64,000 nucleotides of DNA, taken from NCBI GenBank assembly GCA_004764695.1, contig SMSO01000032.1, positions 1,178,001-1,242,000 of the forward strand, in the 5' to 3' direction. The notes under the pieces were generated by a model. The model was not told the DNA's origin and made no database searches. It saw only the letters and a list, made by a program, of their open reading frames with translations. The first letter of the stretch is position 1; each line of letters starts with the position of its first letter. Positions 47,223 to 58,547 of this stretch are shown here, in pieces. Position numbers and translations under genes: made by a program. This DNA comes from Schizochytrium sp. TIO01 (Eukaryota; Protista; Bigyra: Labyrinthulomycetes).

Positions 47223-47822
47223 TTAATTATCATCATTCTGTTGCACTCTGCGCTCGACGTACTTGCAGTTCTGGGACTGTCTTGAATTGGGCTGTACGGC
47301 GCAAGTCCTACAAAATAGAAGATTTCGTTGATCTGGAGACCTTACCCTGACCGCTTCTTCGACAAGTAGAAATGGTTGACCCTGCCTATTAGGACATGTT
47401 GGGCTTGTGCAGCGGCAAAGGATAAGCTTCGCAACAGAAATTAAGACAGCAGAGGGAAGTTTGCTTTGAAGCTTCAACAATGCTTGAAGCGTGACCTGGC
47501 GTCTTGCTTCAAGGTCGCGGGCAATCCTGCGTTGTGGAAACTTTTGGTCGAGGAGTTCTCGCACACCAGTCCTTCTTGCATTAAGATCGGCTTCTTCGCT
47601 GGGCTCGCGGCCAAGTCGTCGGCGTTCCGCGACAAGCCATTTTGAGTACCGTGATTCCAGAGCCCCGTGGCAGTCTAAGCAGGTCTCTGTGCCCTTTGGC
47701 TGACCTAAACGCTCCGACTTCAGGAACGCATGTCGCGGAAGTTCGCGTTCGCAGAGGCGGCAAGATGCAAATACTTGCTTCTTGCTTGACCTTGGGCCCG
47801 GCTGCCGACGTCGCCGAGGCAT
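47223..47822 (-). CDS. Small basic Zn-finger protein (Stc1-like CxxC...CxxC finger plus a second Cys cluster)
   Basis: CRLCERELPRHAFLKSERL...CLDC; CTSPTC...CRTC; NLS-like PRRRR; 199-aa ORF with ATG. Confidence 0.65.
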   Translation of the reverse strand: MPRRRRQPGPRSSKKQVFASCRLCERELPRHAFLKSERLGQPKGTETCLDCHGALESRYSKWLVAERRRLGREPSEEADLNARRTGVRELLDQKFPQRRIARDLEARRQVTLQALLKLQSKLPSAVLISVAKLILCRCTSPTCPNRQGQPFLLVEEAVRVRSPDQRNLLFCRTCAVQPNSRQSQNCKYVERRVQQNDDN

Positions 47823-48236
47823 ACTTGCCCAGGCTTGCTTACGAGGACGACTTCTTCATGCACACCAGCCAACGCTTTATACCTACGGACAGGTTTTCAG
47901 GATGCGATTCCAAGAAGAAGCTTTGCAATCATAGCTCTGTCCTTGCTACGAAGTTGAACTTGATGCTTTCATGGTTCGTTTTGCTCGATCTGGGCGTTTT
48001 CCCTCCACTGTCTCTGTTTCCACTGCCTCATAAAGCGTACTAATTTCTCCCGCAGCGTACCTCCTATCGTGCATCAGAACACAGCTCTTTCGCTTATATT
48101 AAGGAAGAATTTGTATGCTCCACTGAAGTTGTGCCCTCTTACACAATATGTATTGTCTTTCCAGGTTAGAGCAGTGTGGGGTGTGGTCTAATGTGGAAAC
48201 CTGCCAAGCATAGCAAAATGTCCCACAGCTGCAAAG

Positions 48237-49733
48237 CACGTGCACACTCCCACGTGCCATTAATTATTCCTCGAGGTTGTTGTTTTCCAGTTAATCGAAG
48301 AGCATATCGCTCAGAGACAGTGGCAAGGTTCACCTTTGCAGCAAGAGCCAAGAACCTGCAATCCCCTTCTTCAAGTTCTGCTCCAAGAAGCCCTTTTCTC
48401 TGCTTTCAGGGACCTTCGAGGGCGCTGGGAGCCGGCTCACACCCATCGCAAACGTGTGTACGACGCCCGCCTCACTCTACGAGGAGCGGGCGGAGCCGAA
48501 CAGCCTTCATTAAGCTCCATCGATGGGTGCTCTTTTGTCCCAACGAGTATGACTTAAAGATGACAGACATCAAAGTATCAAATTGTAAAGCTGGCCCAGT
48601 TCTTGCTTGCTTAGGCAGGTGCCAAACTTTTTTGCAACAGGTTATACGCACGCTTCTTCTGTTTAAGAAGAGGGATCCTGAGACCACCATCGTCAACAGA
48701 GCTGTTGTTTACGAAGGCTCAGGACATGAAAGTTGATTCCATTCCATCTCTCTTTGAGGGAAGAGCGCAAATATTTTTATTTCCTCCTGCTTAGGAAGTA
48801 GTGTAGATACTGATAGTAAAGACAATAGGAGTAATCGTTATAGACGCTCAGATGCAAAAATTGATAGGCAGTGCTAGGGCCACCCTACTAATAAGCCTAG
48901 CACACTCACTTCATCCTATGAGTTGACTACTATTTGGGGGAATGGTAATGAGAATGAAAGCAACAAAAACTTGGACAACTTGGACCGAAATTCGTCTGTT
49001 GTCGAAAAATCGAACATCATATTCCTCTGTTTCCAGGATTTCTGGACCAGAAAAAAACTATTTATGACCCCGAGTGGCTTTTGAAAGCAAACAGCACTCC
49101 GTTTGTTAGGTTAGCTTGGTTTCAAAGCGTAGTTTGTTGCTCAATTTAACAACTTATATGGGAGATTCAATTACCTATTTACTAGGCCCAGCTTAAAATA
49201 ATTTTTCATCTTCTTGTTAATTACTTAGTAATAGGAGGTAGTACTTTAGAAAGAAAATGGAATGACATTTTTGAGTGAATGACTCGCGCACTCCTGTTGT
49301 AGACTTCAACAGGTAACAAACAGCATTGGGAGCAAAGCCGCTCTAGTCCCTACCCGACAAAACTAGAAAGAGCTCCGGGCGTGGTGGTTGGCGCTACAGG
49401 AGCTCACGCAAACTGCAAACAGAAACACAGCGGCAGCGCAGCTTTCTAGGATTTTAGAGCTGGCCCGATTGCATTGTTAGGCACTCACGTGCCAAGTTTC
49501 CCTCCTTCACAGCCCACTCTACCTGCCTAGGAAAAGCAACACCCAAGGGGCGTGCAGTATCCCATCTGTTTAAGCATACAGCCTAAGGAGGTCTTGCAGC
49601 TATCGTGGAGTGGAATACCCCTTTCCTCTTATTTAACAACTGTTTGAAGCAGGCTCTGCGTGCACGTGCTGCCGCAAAACACGGTTTGACATAACTTGAG
49701 CGAGGGGGCCAGACCATAAACTATCTTCACGTG
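48237..49733. promoter_or_regulatory. Five CACGTG (E-box/G-box) sites in the divergent intergenic region
   Basis: CACGTG at 48237, 48251, 49486, 49663, 49728; CACGTT at 49746. Confidence 0.4.
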
Positions 49734-49968
49734 GGGAAAGACTGGCACGTTTACTTGGTCATTGAGCCAGAGAGAAGAACTCAATCTTGAGGAGTAGAAG
49801 TGCAGCTGATTGCTTCAAGAGACGGAGCAGAAGCTCAAACACCTGTACTGCAAGTTGATCAGTTTTCGCGAGACCAGTTTTAGTGCATTATCTTGAAAGG
49901 CTGATTGAACTTGCTTCTATCACAAACCAAAATCTTCTACAAGCACCCTCCGTCAGCTAAACCTAACG

Positions 49969-51357
49969 ATGACGCTGGGCTGCCCTGACACATGCTCAGG
50001 ATATGAAAATTTCAGGTGTATATGTCCAGATGGATGCTCAGGGTATGATAGTTTCACTCTGTATCGCGACTCCTGTCATGTGAATACAACTGCTCGACAC
50101 TCATTAGAGTATGTAACCTTTGTTCTCGCTATATTCGTGTTTCTTATGAGCACCTATTTGATGTTCCGCAATGCAGGCATTCGCGAAGATAAGTTTGCTT
50201 GGGTGCACCAGATTCAGCGTCGGCTTACCAAGCATGAAGGTATCGAGACTGACTCTACTCCAGATGACGCTCGCCTGAGCCAGATGTATGACTCATCATC
50301 CGATGATGTAAGGCGTAGTGGCCGCAGTGGCCCCGACACTGGGTTCTCTGGCAATACATCGCATTCGGGCCATTTGGCTCGACGTCTTCGAATGAATATC
50401 AATGCGCAACACCTTTTATCATTTTGGCTTTTGGTATTTATCAAAGTTTTTGCTATCTGCGTCATCATTGCGGAATCTGCACTGCTTTTCGGTACGAGTA
50501 GCTCTTGGGAAATCCCAGGACCGAAAAGGAATTTCCTCAGCTTTTTGTACGCCACTGCTACGTCAAGTCTCGTCATGAGTGGCCATATTGTTCTTTACAA
50601 GTGGTACGGTAGCTTGCCAAATATTCGGCACTACGGTAAGCTCTTTGGCATCAATACATTCTTGGTGAGGCATCCTGATGCTTTGAAATACATCATGCTA
50701 TCCTCAGGGTTTGTTACGGTTTTTCTGGTGTTTCTGTTTTTCCTCATTCTCCCTGTTTGTCGGCCTAATGAAATATACAGATGGAATGATGGAGGGTTTA
50801 GTACATTGGCAGTTTCTGCCATTCTTTGGGCTATTTACTTCACATTTTTAAGTTCCCTGCTACTTCGTGTATACCATGAGGCAAAGAAAACTGTTCTACG
50901 TCGCAAAACTGTTGGTTTCGGTTCGTTTGCTGGTGGACATGGATCTTTCGCATCGATTGCAATTGCAATGCCAAAGGGCCGCCATGCTGCAAATCCTCAG
51001 CATGTTAGCTCAGGTAGCTCGAATGGTACTGATCCGGATATTGTTTTGCGAAAGGAATTTGCGAGCATCCGCTTTACCCTCTATGGTACTCTGATTATGT
51101 CGATATTTGGTGTATGTATTGCGGCGATTCTTCTCATTGGATCTGTGGCTATTGAGGAGCTTCGCAGGAACCTCTATATCGCTTATGGAATGTTGAACAT
51201 ATTTGGTGAACTCGGAGCTGTTGGGCTCATGTACTTTGTTGTTTTCCGCACCAATCCTCGGTTTCGGGATTCTTCTGTTGATGCATCGGTGCCGTCCTCC
51301 TCTCCTCGCCCTTCTGGTGCGGGTGCGGGTACGGATGTGGGTGCGAACAACGTCTAG
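49969..51357 (+). CDS. Orphan seven-transmembrane (GPCR-like) protein with Cys-rich N-terminus
   Basis: Seven hydrophobic segments by eye; long polar loops after TM1 and TM5; duplicated CPDxCSGY motif at the N-terminus. Confidence 0.8.
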   Translation: MTLGCPDTCSGYENFRCICPDGCSGYDSFTLYRDSCHVNTTARHSLEYVTFVLAIFVFLMSTYLMFRNAGIREDKFAWVHQIQRRLTKHEGIETDSTPDDARLSQMYDSSSDDVRRSGRSGPDTGFSGNTSHSGHLARRLRMNINAQHLLSFWLLVFIKVFAICVIIAESALLFGTSSSWEIPGPKRNFLSFLYATATSSLVMSGHIVLYKWYGSLPNIRHYGKLFGINTFLVRHPDALKYIMLSSGFVTVFLVFLFFLILPVCRPNEIYRWNDGGFSTLAVSAILWAIYFTFLSSLLLRVYHEAKKTVLRRKTVGFGSFAGGHGSFASIAIAMPKGRHAANPQHVSSGSSNGTDPDIVLRKEFASIRFTLYGTLIMSIFGVCIAAILLIGSVAIEELRRNLYIAYGMLNIFGELGAVGLMYFVVFRTNPRFRDSSVDASVPSSSPRPSGAGAGTDVGANNV

Positions 51358-52635
51358 AAGACCCCCCCCCCCAACACACAATCTTTATTTCTGTTTGAAA
51401 GAAGAAGTCCATATATTATAGAAAATTCATGGTGACGAAAGCCAATTTAATGTATTGGCTGGTCATCTTGGATGCTTAGAGTTGGTGGCGGCTCCAATTC
51501 CTTTTCAGAGACCGCAAATACGATTTAGAAAAGTGAAAGGACCCCTGTTGTTGCATGAATCTATATCGTTGTTTTCAGAGTGGCTATGAATGACAATGTT
51601 GGGATATATTTTTCATGCTGCCATCATCTCATCTTCAATCAATTTGTTATGTTTTAATTCACCCTCCTTTTCGTTTATAAGTAAAAATCTATTGTGATTC
51701 TTTTTGATAGTAGTATGTATGTATCTCTTTGTTTAAGAATCCTGCAATTCGCTTTGGAATATTGAACCAATTAAACGCTTGTAGAGTGCACAGAAACTCT
51801 TTCGACTTCGGTCATACCCCACCTCATTTACCATCATATGACTTCCATCTTGCTTGTGCATAGAATTGCTCTCCCACACCATGAATTTATCAGAGCCAGC
51901 ATAATTATCTTGTCTCTCGTGTAGAGTTCAGTTTTGTTCGCCAATTCTGGCCGCGCTTACCGCCCAATTGGCGTACAATACAGTAATCTCGTCTTCTTCC
52001 TCGCTGCGTATCTTACACAAATTTTCATGCACGAAATGTAGAGGGTCTTTGCAATCAATTCCTTTGTTATAAAAACACACACACAAAAAATTCAAGGGGG
52101 GCGCGCCGCGAATTAATCCCCACTGTCAGTTGATCTTGATGCAAACGACCACCATCAAATCGCACTTCTCGCCATGGCCAGTGTCCTCTCTGGAGCTTGC
52201 GAGTCCTCCTGCACTTCACGCAGGCTTTGCTTTTCTTGCTAACCTGAACTCTTAAAGGCTTCCAGCTTTGCATTTTCATCATAAAGATAAACAAGAAGGC
52301 ACTACCAGACAGTAGTTAATGCCTACCAAGGTTTCATTGATCAATCAGCAAGGTCAATTTCATGCTTCAACCATCCATCCTCGCGGCGGCGATGGTCACC
52401 GGCGCTTCGCTCCTTTGGATGCTCGCTCCTGACCTTGCAGGCATGTGCTCGAGCCTCACCAGCGCTAATGGTGACCCCAGGAAACGCCTCTGCTTCAAGC
52501 AAGATCGTCTTTGTGTTGGAATTTGCACGCTTCAAAGGCCCCTTTTGTGCATTACATTACATTGCATTACATTGCATCTCTTCACAAATCGCAGTGCTTC
52601 ATAAACTACAACTTTGCCACCACCATCATGACAAT

Positions 52636-52666
<31 letters not shown>

Positions 52667-53759
52667 AGCCAATGGCTGACCCAGCGAGGCCTCGAACGAG
52701 GTCCACCTCACGAGGGCGGCGATCAGCGACGCACGCGCAGGTCCAGGCTCGCTGGCGGAAGCTCGATTTGTTTGTTTGTCGAGTCCTCCAAGAACGACGA
52801 TCGGTATCGAATGAGAGAAAGAAAGTGATGAACGATGAGAGAACGATACATACATTCATACATAAATGCATACACAAATACACATAAATGCGTACATTAA
52901 ACACACATAAATAAATAAACAAACAACACATAAATACATATATACATATACATACAGATCCGAATGAAAACTTGTTTATGAAAACAACTAAAAACAAACA
53001 AACTTAACAGAGATTCATTGCGCAGTGAAGAATGCTCAAGTTCTGCGATTTTAGCTCATGACGAGATGGAGGCAACGCGGATGCATTCGGTTGTCTTGCG
53101 AGGCCGCTCCCACCCCTGCGGAGAGCGTTTGAGCAGGGCCCGACGGAGGGAGCGAGGCTCAGCTGGAGGTGAAGAATAGATAGATAGTGCTCAGTCAGCC
53201 AGAAGGCGCGAATGTAGCAGGCGCAAGTTTCACGACAACTTTGCGCTCTCGAGAGCTAGCGCATCGAAGGAGAGGGAGTCAAAACCGAAACAGTGGCGCG
53301 GGAGCAAAGCTAGGCAGGTAGGTACCTGCGGTTTGGGATGGTGGATTGTCAAATGAAACTTTCTTCAGGAATCGCCCTGGGAGTCGATGATGGAGGTTGG
53401 CGCGTGAGCAGAAAAGATACGAATGAATGTGTTGAATTTCTACCTTTTTCAGACGAATAAAATGAAAAGTGCATGGAGGTATAGTGAGTGCTTATGCTTA
53501 AATGTAGGAGTGGGTTTCCTTCTTTCTTCCAGCTTTTGTTGGCAATTCATTCAGGAAAGATGATCATTTGGATCATTTCTTGTGGAGAGTAAGTACTTGG
53601 GGATTGCAAATGAGACCTGGAGAAGCTGCAAACCCAAAACGCCGAGTTGGTGCTCGACACTACTGCAAAGCACGACGCTGAAGAGGAGGGCGCTGTTGAA
53701 AGGTTTTCTGTGTTGAATCAGCAAGTAGCCGCAAAGCAAACTTGAGTCTATTAGGCAAG

Positions 53760-54962
53760 ATGAACTTTCTTCGCAAGGCCGCAGACAGGATGGAGCAAGC
53801 TCAAGAGAAGTTTGAGGAGCTGAAGATCAGCTCTAAGGACAACAACGATGGCAACAAGGATGTCACCGTCGATGGACAGAACATGTCCGACTCTGAGTAC
53901 GCTGGCAAGGTCGAGAAAACTATTCCTGCAATGGTCCGTATGATTTCTGGATGCCATGACACCCAGACGAGCGCGGATGTTTCCAACACTGCTTCCTTCG
54001 AGTTGCCCGAGGAGACCGGACCTGGCGGTGCTGGCGGTGCTGCTACTAACTCACTTCTTGCCGCTCTCGAGCGCAATGGCAGCACAGACATGACATGGGT
54101 CGATCTTCTCGAGTCTATGCGCAAGATCCTTAGCGAGAAGGGATATTCCCAGATTCCTCAGCTTTCGGCCTCGCGCAAACTCGATGTGGCAAGCGATAAG
54201 TTCCAGCTCATCAACCCTGAAGAGACTTCCAGCAGCCAGCGGAAGGCCCTTCTTGTGGGAATCAACTATGTGGGCCAGAAAGGCGAGCTCAGTGGATGCC
54301 ACAATGATGTCATCTCTATGAAGCGGTTTCTTATTAAGGAAGGCTTTGACGAGAGCAACATTCGCGTGCTCCTTGACGACGGTGAGGCTGAGAACCCCAC
54401 GGCAGAGAATATCATGAAGGGCTTTGACTGGCTCACTGAAAACAACTCTAAGGGTGACTCTCTCTTCTTTCACTACTCCGGCCACGGAGGCTACGTTGCT
54501 GATGATAATGGCGATGAAGCTGATGGTCGCGACGAAACCATTGTCCCCGTTGACTATCAGTCTGCAGGGCAGATCCGTGATGACCTTATCTTCAAGGAGC
54601 TCGTGCTCCCCGTTGACGAAGGCATTATGCTTTCTTGCCTCATGGACTGCTGCCACTCTGGTACCGTGCTCGACTTGCCTTACATGATCAAGGCGTCTTC
54701 TGAGCTCGACAGCAGCGCCCAGATGGAGGCCAACCCGGGCTTCAGTTTCAAGCGTCTCTTTGCACTTGCTGTCAAGATGTACGAGATGAAGCAGTCTGGC
54801 GCCAGCAACACCGACATGGCTAAGGCTGCCGGTACCGAAATTCTTCCCATGTTTGCGGGAGCCAACAAAACCTCCGGTGGTCTTGGTAACCTCATGTCAT
54901 TTGCTGCTAGTATGGCTGGTAAGAACAGCAGCGGTGGTAAGCTTCCTTCGCTCCCTTTTTAA
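53760..54962 (+). CDS. Type III metacaspase (p10 before p20), intronless
   Basis: p10: MISGCHDTQTSAD, GGAATNSLL, QIPQLSAS. p20: RKALLVGINY, LSGCHNDV, FHYSGHG (His 54483), DDNGDEADGRDE, MDCCHSGTVLDLPY (Cys 54651). First ATG 53760. Confidence 0.95.
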   Translation: MNFLRKAADRMEQAQEKFEELKISSKDNNDGNKDVTVDGQNMSDSEYAGKVEKTIPAMVRMISGCHDTQTSADVSNTASFELPEETGPGGAGGAATNSLLAALERNGSTDMTWVDLLESMRKILSEKGYSQIPQLSASRKLDVASDKFQLINPEETSSSQRKALLVGINYVGQKGELSGCHNDVISMKRFLIKEGFDESNIRVLLDDGEAENPTAENIMKGFDWLTENNSKGDSLFFHYSGHGGYVADDNGDEADGRDETIVPVDYQSAGQIRDDLIFKELVLPVDEGIMLSCLMDCCHSGTVLDLPYMIKASSELDSSAQMEANPGFSFKRLFALAVKMYEMKQSGASNTDMAKAAGTEILPMFAGANKTSGGLGNLMSFAASMAGKNSSGGKLPSLPF

Positions 54963-56301
54963 GCAAGGGCGTGTAAACACCACACAAACTCCTCTTGAAA
55001 TAATACTTTTGTATGCCTCCTGCCTTATCCTTGGGCATTTAAAAAAAAAAACATGACTCAGCGAGAAAATGCAACATGTAGCAGTATTTCATGCATGATG
55101 CAAGCTTTCTGTAAATGGATTGCTGAATGAGTCTGTTTATCAACGGTCTCTTTTTCTTCTACTGCATACGCGAATTTGGATATCATTGGCTCCTACTCTT
55201 GCGATTCCTTGAACACCAATCAAATGCATTCCCTCACATTTTCTCTCCATGGTCGCACAACCAAATTAACTAGTAATGAATGAATTCATGAATCTTGATG
55301 TTCCTGCAATTCTACAATGAAGTCTTCTTGAAATCATATCCATATCACCATCACCACTTTTACACTGTTTCTATGCTACGAACTTCATTTCGTCTCTGGG
55401 AAAGCCTTTATATAACACGGCCTTTGCACCTGCCGACAAGTCAAATTCTCGTCCTCTCGAGCTTCACAGCTCACTTTGCCTACTAATCCTAGTCCTCATA
55501 CATTGTACCTATAGTTCTACTCAGCACCTCTGGATGCCAACAACGTTTGTAAATAAATCACCACAATCAGGCGAGTTACTGCCACTGATACATCATGATA
55601 TCGCAAAAGACGCCAAAACAATAAGTCTGGCGAGCAACTTGAACAAAGTGCTGAAGAATGTGGAAGACTTTTATTCACTGGGAAGAAGAAGATGTGAAAG
55701 AAAGCAGCATTACCTAGGATCTCATAGCAGTAGGTACCTAGGTTCTAGCAAACGAAGTAACTCTTTGGAACGGAGAACTAATTCCGAGCGAAGGTATCAC
55801 AAGCATATGATAACAGCTAACTAGATACCTAGGTAGGACCTGGCTAATAAGAAAGAAAATATAAAAAGTTGGTAAGAATGAAACAGATAACAGATAGGTA
55901 CTCTAGAGGCTCGCTAAACAAAGAAGAAGTATGTGCAGACTCTTTAGAGAGGTAAAGCGCAATATCGGCCGGCGAGGGATCAGCAGAGCGGTCCTCGCCA
56001 CGCCTCTGGAGGCTGCGGAGCTACAAAGCATTTGAGAACAGTGCTCGGTGTTCTGGATCGGCTCGGGCTCTTAGCTCAAGGCAGGAGAACGTGGAAATAT
56101 TTTAGAGGTACTTACTAGTCTCAGGACGGTCAAAGCGAAGACAATTTGGCGCTAAAACCTTGTGTTCGTCCGAACTCAGACACGTGGTGGAACGGTTTCT
56201 ACGATCAAAAGAATCAAAAGAGAACAGAAAACTGCTCGACTCCAGTTTGAAGCTGCTTTGGGGGTTGCACTTATTAACTTTGATTGCAAGATCTACGTCT
56301 C

Positions 56302-57981
56302 ATGGGACTTCGACCATCAAAACCCGTGGTAACACGCGGCGTAGCACAAGAAAGGCTTTTGCGAACATATGGTCTCTCTGCAGAACATGTGGAAGCCTTC
56401 TTCTGGGTCCTTGCTCGCCGCCAAGCACATACAAACCTAAGTTTAGCTTCTCCAGAAACGCTTTCATTGGAAAGCTCTCAAGTGATTACTTCTCCAATGG
56501 ATCCCGCATCGAATTCTGATGTGAACCCCACGACTCTGGTAGAGAACAATTTAACAAAAAAGTCACTGACAGTGGACGTAATAGCAGCAAATTCCTCAGA
56601 TATGGGTACTCCTTTAAATGTAGGTCCGGTAGAGATAGATGCGACAAGTACAATCAATGTAAACAATAGCATCACTCCACGCACTTCTGATAGTACCGCG
56701 ATTACAGGCATAGAAGCAGAGGCGGGCCCCCTAGATAACATTAACTCGAATGGGCTTCTGTCCACTGTCCAGATGAACACCCCTGGGGAAGCAGAGATGC
56801 AAATGACTAGATCACCTAGCCTACAGGATATGGAATTATCATCTACGACCTCATGGTCAACTGAAGCAATGGCAAGTTTAGATAATTCAGGCCCTGTAAA
56901 GGATGGTGTTGCGGGGCTTGCTGTTCCACCTAGTTTAGATTATCCTTCTACAGCCCAGGCTGATCCAAGTATGCCACCGCCACGACGTAAACATAGTCGT
57001 TCAGGGGCGAACTCTATGAATATTAACCCGAGTAGCCTCAGCCCACTTAGTGGTCACGGTAGTAGTGGCGGAAACGGGGAGAACGGTAGTAGTGGTGGCG
57101 GCGCTAATGGTAGCAATTCAAGTCCGCACACAAGGAGTTTTTCTGCTGGAAGCGCTCTCGCGCGCAATGGTTCAGCACGGCAGCTTTCACAGGCCCAAGG
57201 CAGCGCTTGGCGAACTCGCTTAGACCGAGTGTCTCCTGAGGCTTTTCGTGAAGAAGTTCGCGCTGTGGAACCATTCTTTAGGCTTGGCCATGTAGCCTCG
57301 GATCGTCTATTTGAGGTTCTCGGAAGCGATGGTGAAGGCCTTACGCTGGATCAGTTCTTCTGTGCATTATATTTGTTTATGTGTCCTCGAGAGGAGGAAA
57401 CGTACCGTTTATTGTTCAATATGTTTGATTTAAGCGGGAGTAATTTTATTCGTAAGGAGCGTTTCCGTGTAATGGCCAGCGAGGTGGCGAAAGGTAATTT
57501 GGATGTTCTTCCAGAGAGTTTTGATGAGGATTTTGCTACCCTTGTCAAAATTATTGGCGATACTGGTATGTTACTATATGATCAGAACAGAGATGGTAAG
57601 CTATCGTTTGATGAATGGTGTCAGTATGCTCGGGATGATGAATCCATCAGCGCTTGTCTCCATGCAGTCCCAGAGTGCAAAGGTGCAACACAGGCTGCAC
57701 TCGTTGCCCGCATTATGGCATGTCGTCACCTATTAGCAATCAAGAGTCCAAACGCCGAAGCACGCAAGTCTTCTGTTGAAAAGCGGGTTGAGTCACCCAA
57801 AACCGCATCTGTTATCAATTCAACGTCTAATGGTCTAGGTTTGCGCATTATTCCACCTATCATGTCTGGTCAGACGAATGCTACGCATGCAGGAAGTGCC
57901 TTAGGTGCAGACTCGAGTGCCAAACCTTCTGGATCCTCTCCAAAGTCTCGAGGCTTACGACGGAAGATCATTCGTTCATGA
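56302..57981 (+). CDS. Myristoylated NCS/calcineurin-B-like EF-hand protein with a large low-complexity insertion
   Basis: MGLRPSK myristoylation-type start; LRTYGLSAEHVEAFF helix; SDRLFEVL...LTLDQFFCAL; LLFNMFDLSGSNFIRKERF; DQNRDGKLSFDEW canonical loop. Confidence 0.85.
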   Translation: MGLRPSKPVVTRGVAQERLLRTYGLSAEHVEAFFWVLARRQAHTNLSLASPETLSLESSQVITSPMDPASNSDVNPTTLVENNLTKKSLTVDVIAANSSDMGTPLNVGPVEIDATSTINVNNSITPRTSDSTAITGIEAEAGPLDNINSNGLLSTVQMNTPGEAEMQMTRSPSLQDMELSSTTSWSTEAMASLDNSGPVKDGVAGLAVPPSLDYPSTAQADPSMPPPRRKHSRSGANSMNINPSSLSPLSGHGSSGGNGENGSSGGGANGSNSSPHTRSFSAGSALARNGSARQLSQAQGSAWRTRLDRVSPEAFREEVRAVEPFFRLGHVASDRLFEVLGSDGEGLTLDQFFCALYLFMCPREEETYRLLFNMFDLSGSNFIRKERFRVMASEVAKGNLDVLPESFDEDFATLVKIIGDTGMLLYDQNRDGKLSFDEWCQYARDDESISACLHAVPECKGATQAALVARIMACRHLLAIKSPNAEARKSSVEKRVESPKTASVINSTSNGLGLRIIPPIMSGQTNATHAGSALGADSSAKPSGSSPKSRGLRRKIIRS

Positions 57982-58547
57982 GAACCCCGGGCTTTGTTTT
58001 GATTATTTAAACTTCTCTAGCGCCTGTTTAAATTGTTCTAGGAGCGCGATTCCTTTGACAGTGAACAGTACATTGTAAACACTGTCCTAAACCTCAACTG
58101 CGCTTGGACACCTTAGGAATTGTTCGATCGAGAGTCCACGCTTTGTTCTTTCTTCCTTTAACTCCCTCTCTTTGAACAGAATATGTAAGCTATTATAAGG
58201 GGTAGGTCTACTTGAAATTCAATTGATAGAGATAAATGTGTCGAAGGTTATCATCACTCTGTCTGCTTCGGCTCAGCTCTGTTCTCTCATTATCCTCAAG
58301 ATCGCACATGTTGGGAACAATTTTCGAGACTATAAGACATATTTATTCACCCTTATTTTTATTTGTAGAATATTACCGTCTCGCTTTACCATGGTACATA
58401 TGTGATAACCAACCTCCTAAATAGTGCGAGGCGTCTAGTCTTTCTTCACTTGAAGGAAGGAAATGATCAGTTAATCTTTTAACTTATACCACTATAGCAA
58501 GATTACAAAGAATGAGCTAATTGATCGAATAGGATGGTATGCGACTA

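Noticed and set aside
48176-48736. 186-aa ORF
   Set aside because: Non-ATG start in the track, atypical composition, no domain; lies in a divergent promoter region.
54051-54656. 201-aa antisense ORF in the metacaspase
   Set aside because: Antisense shadow.
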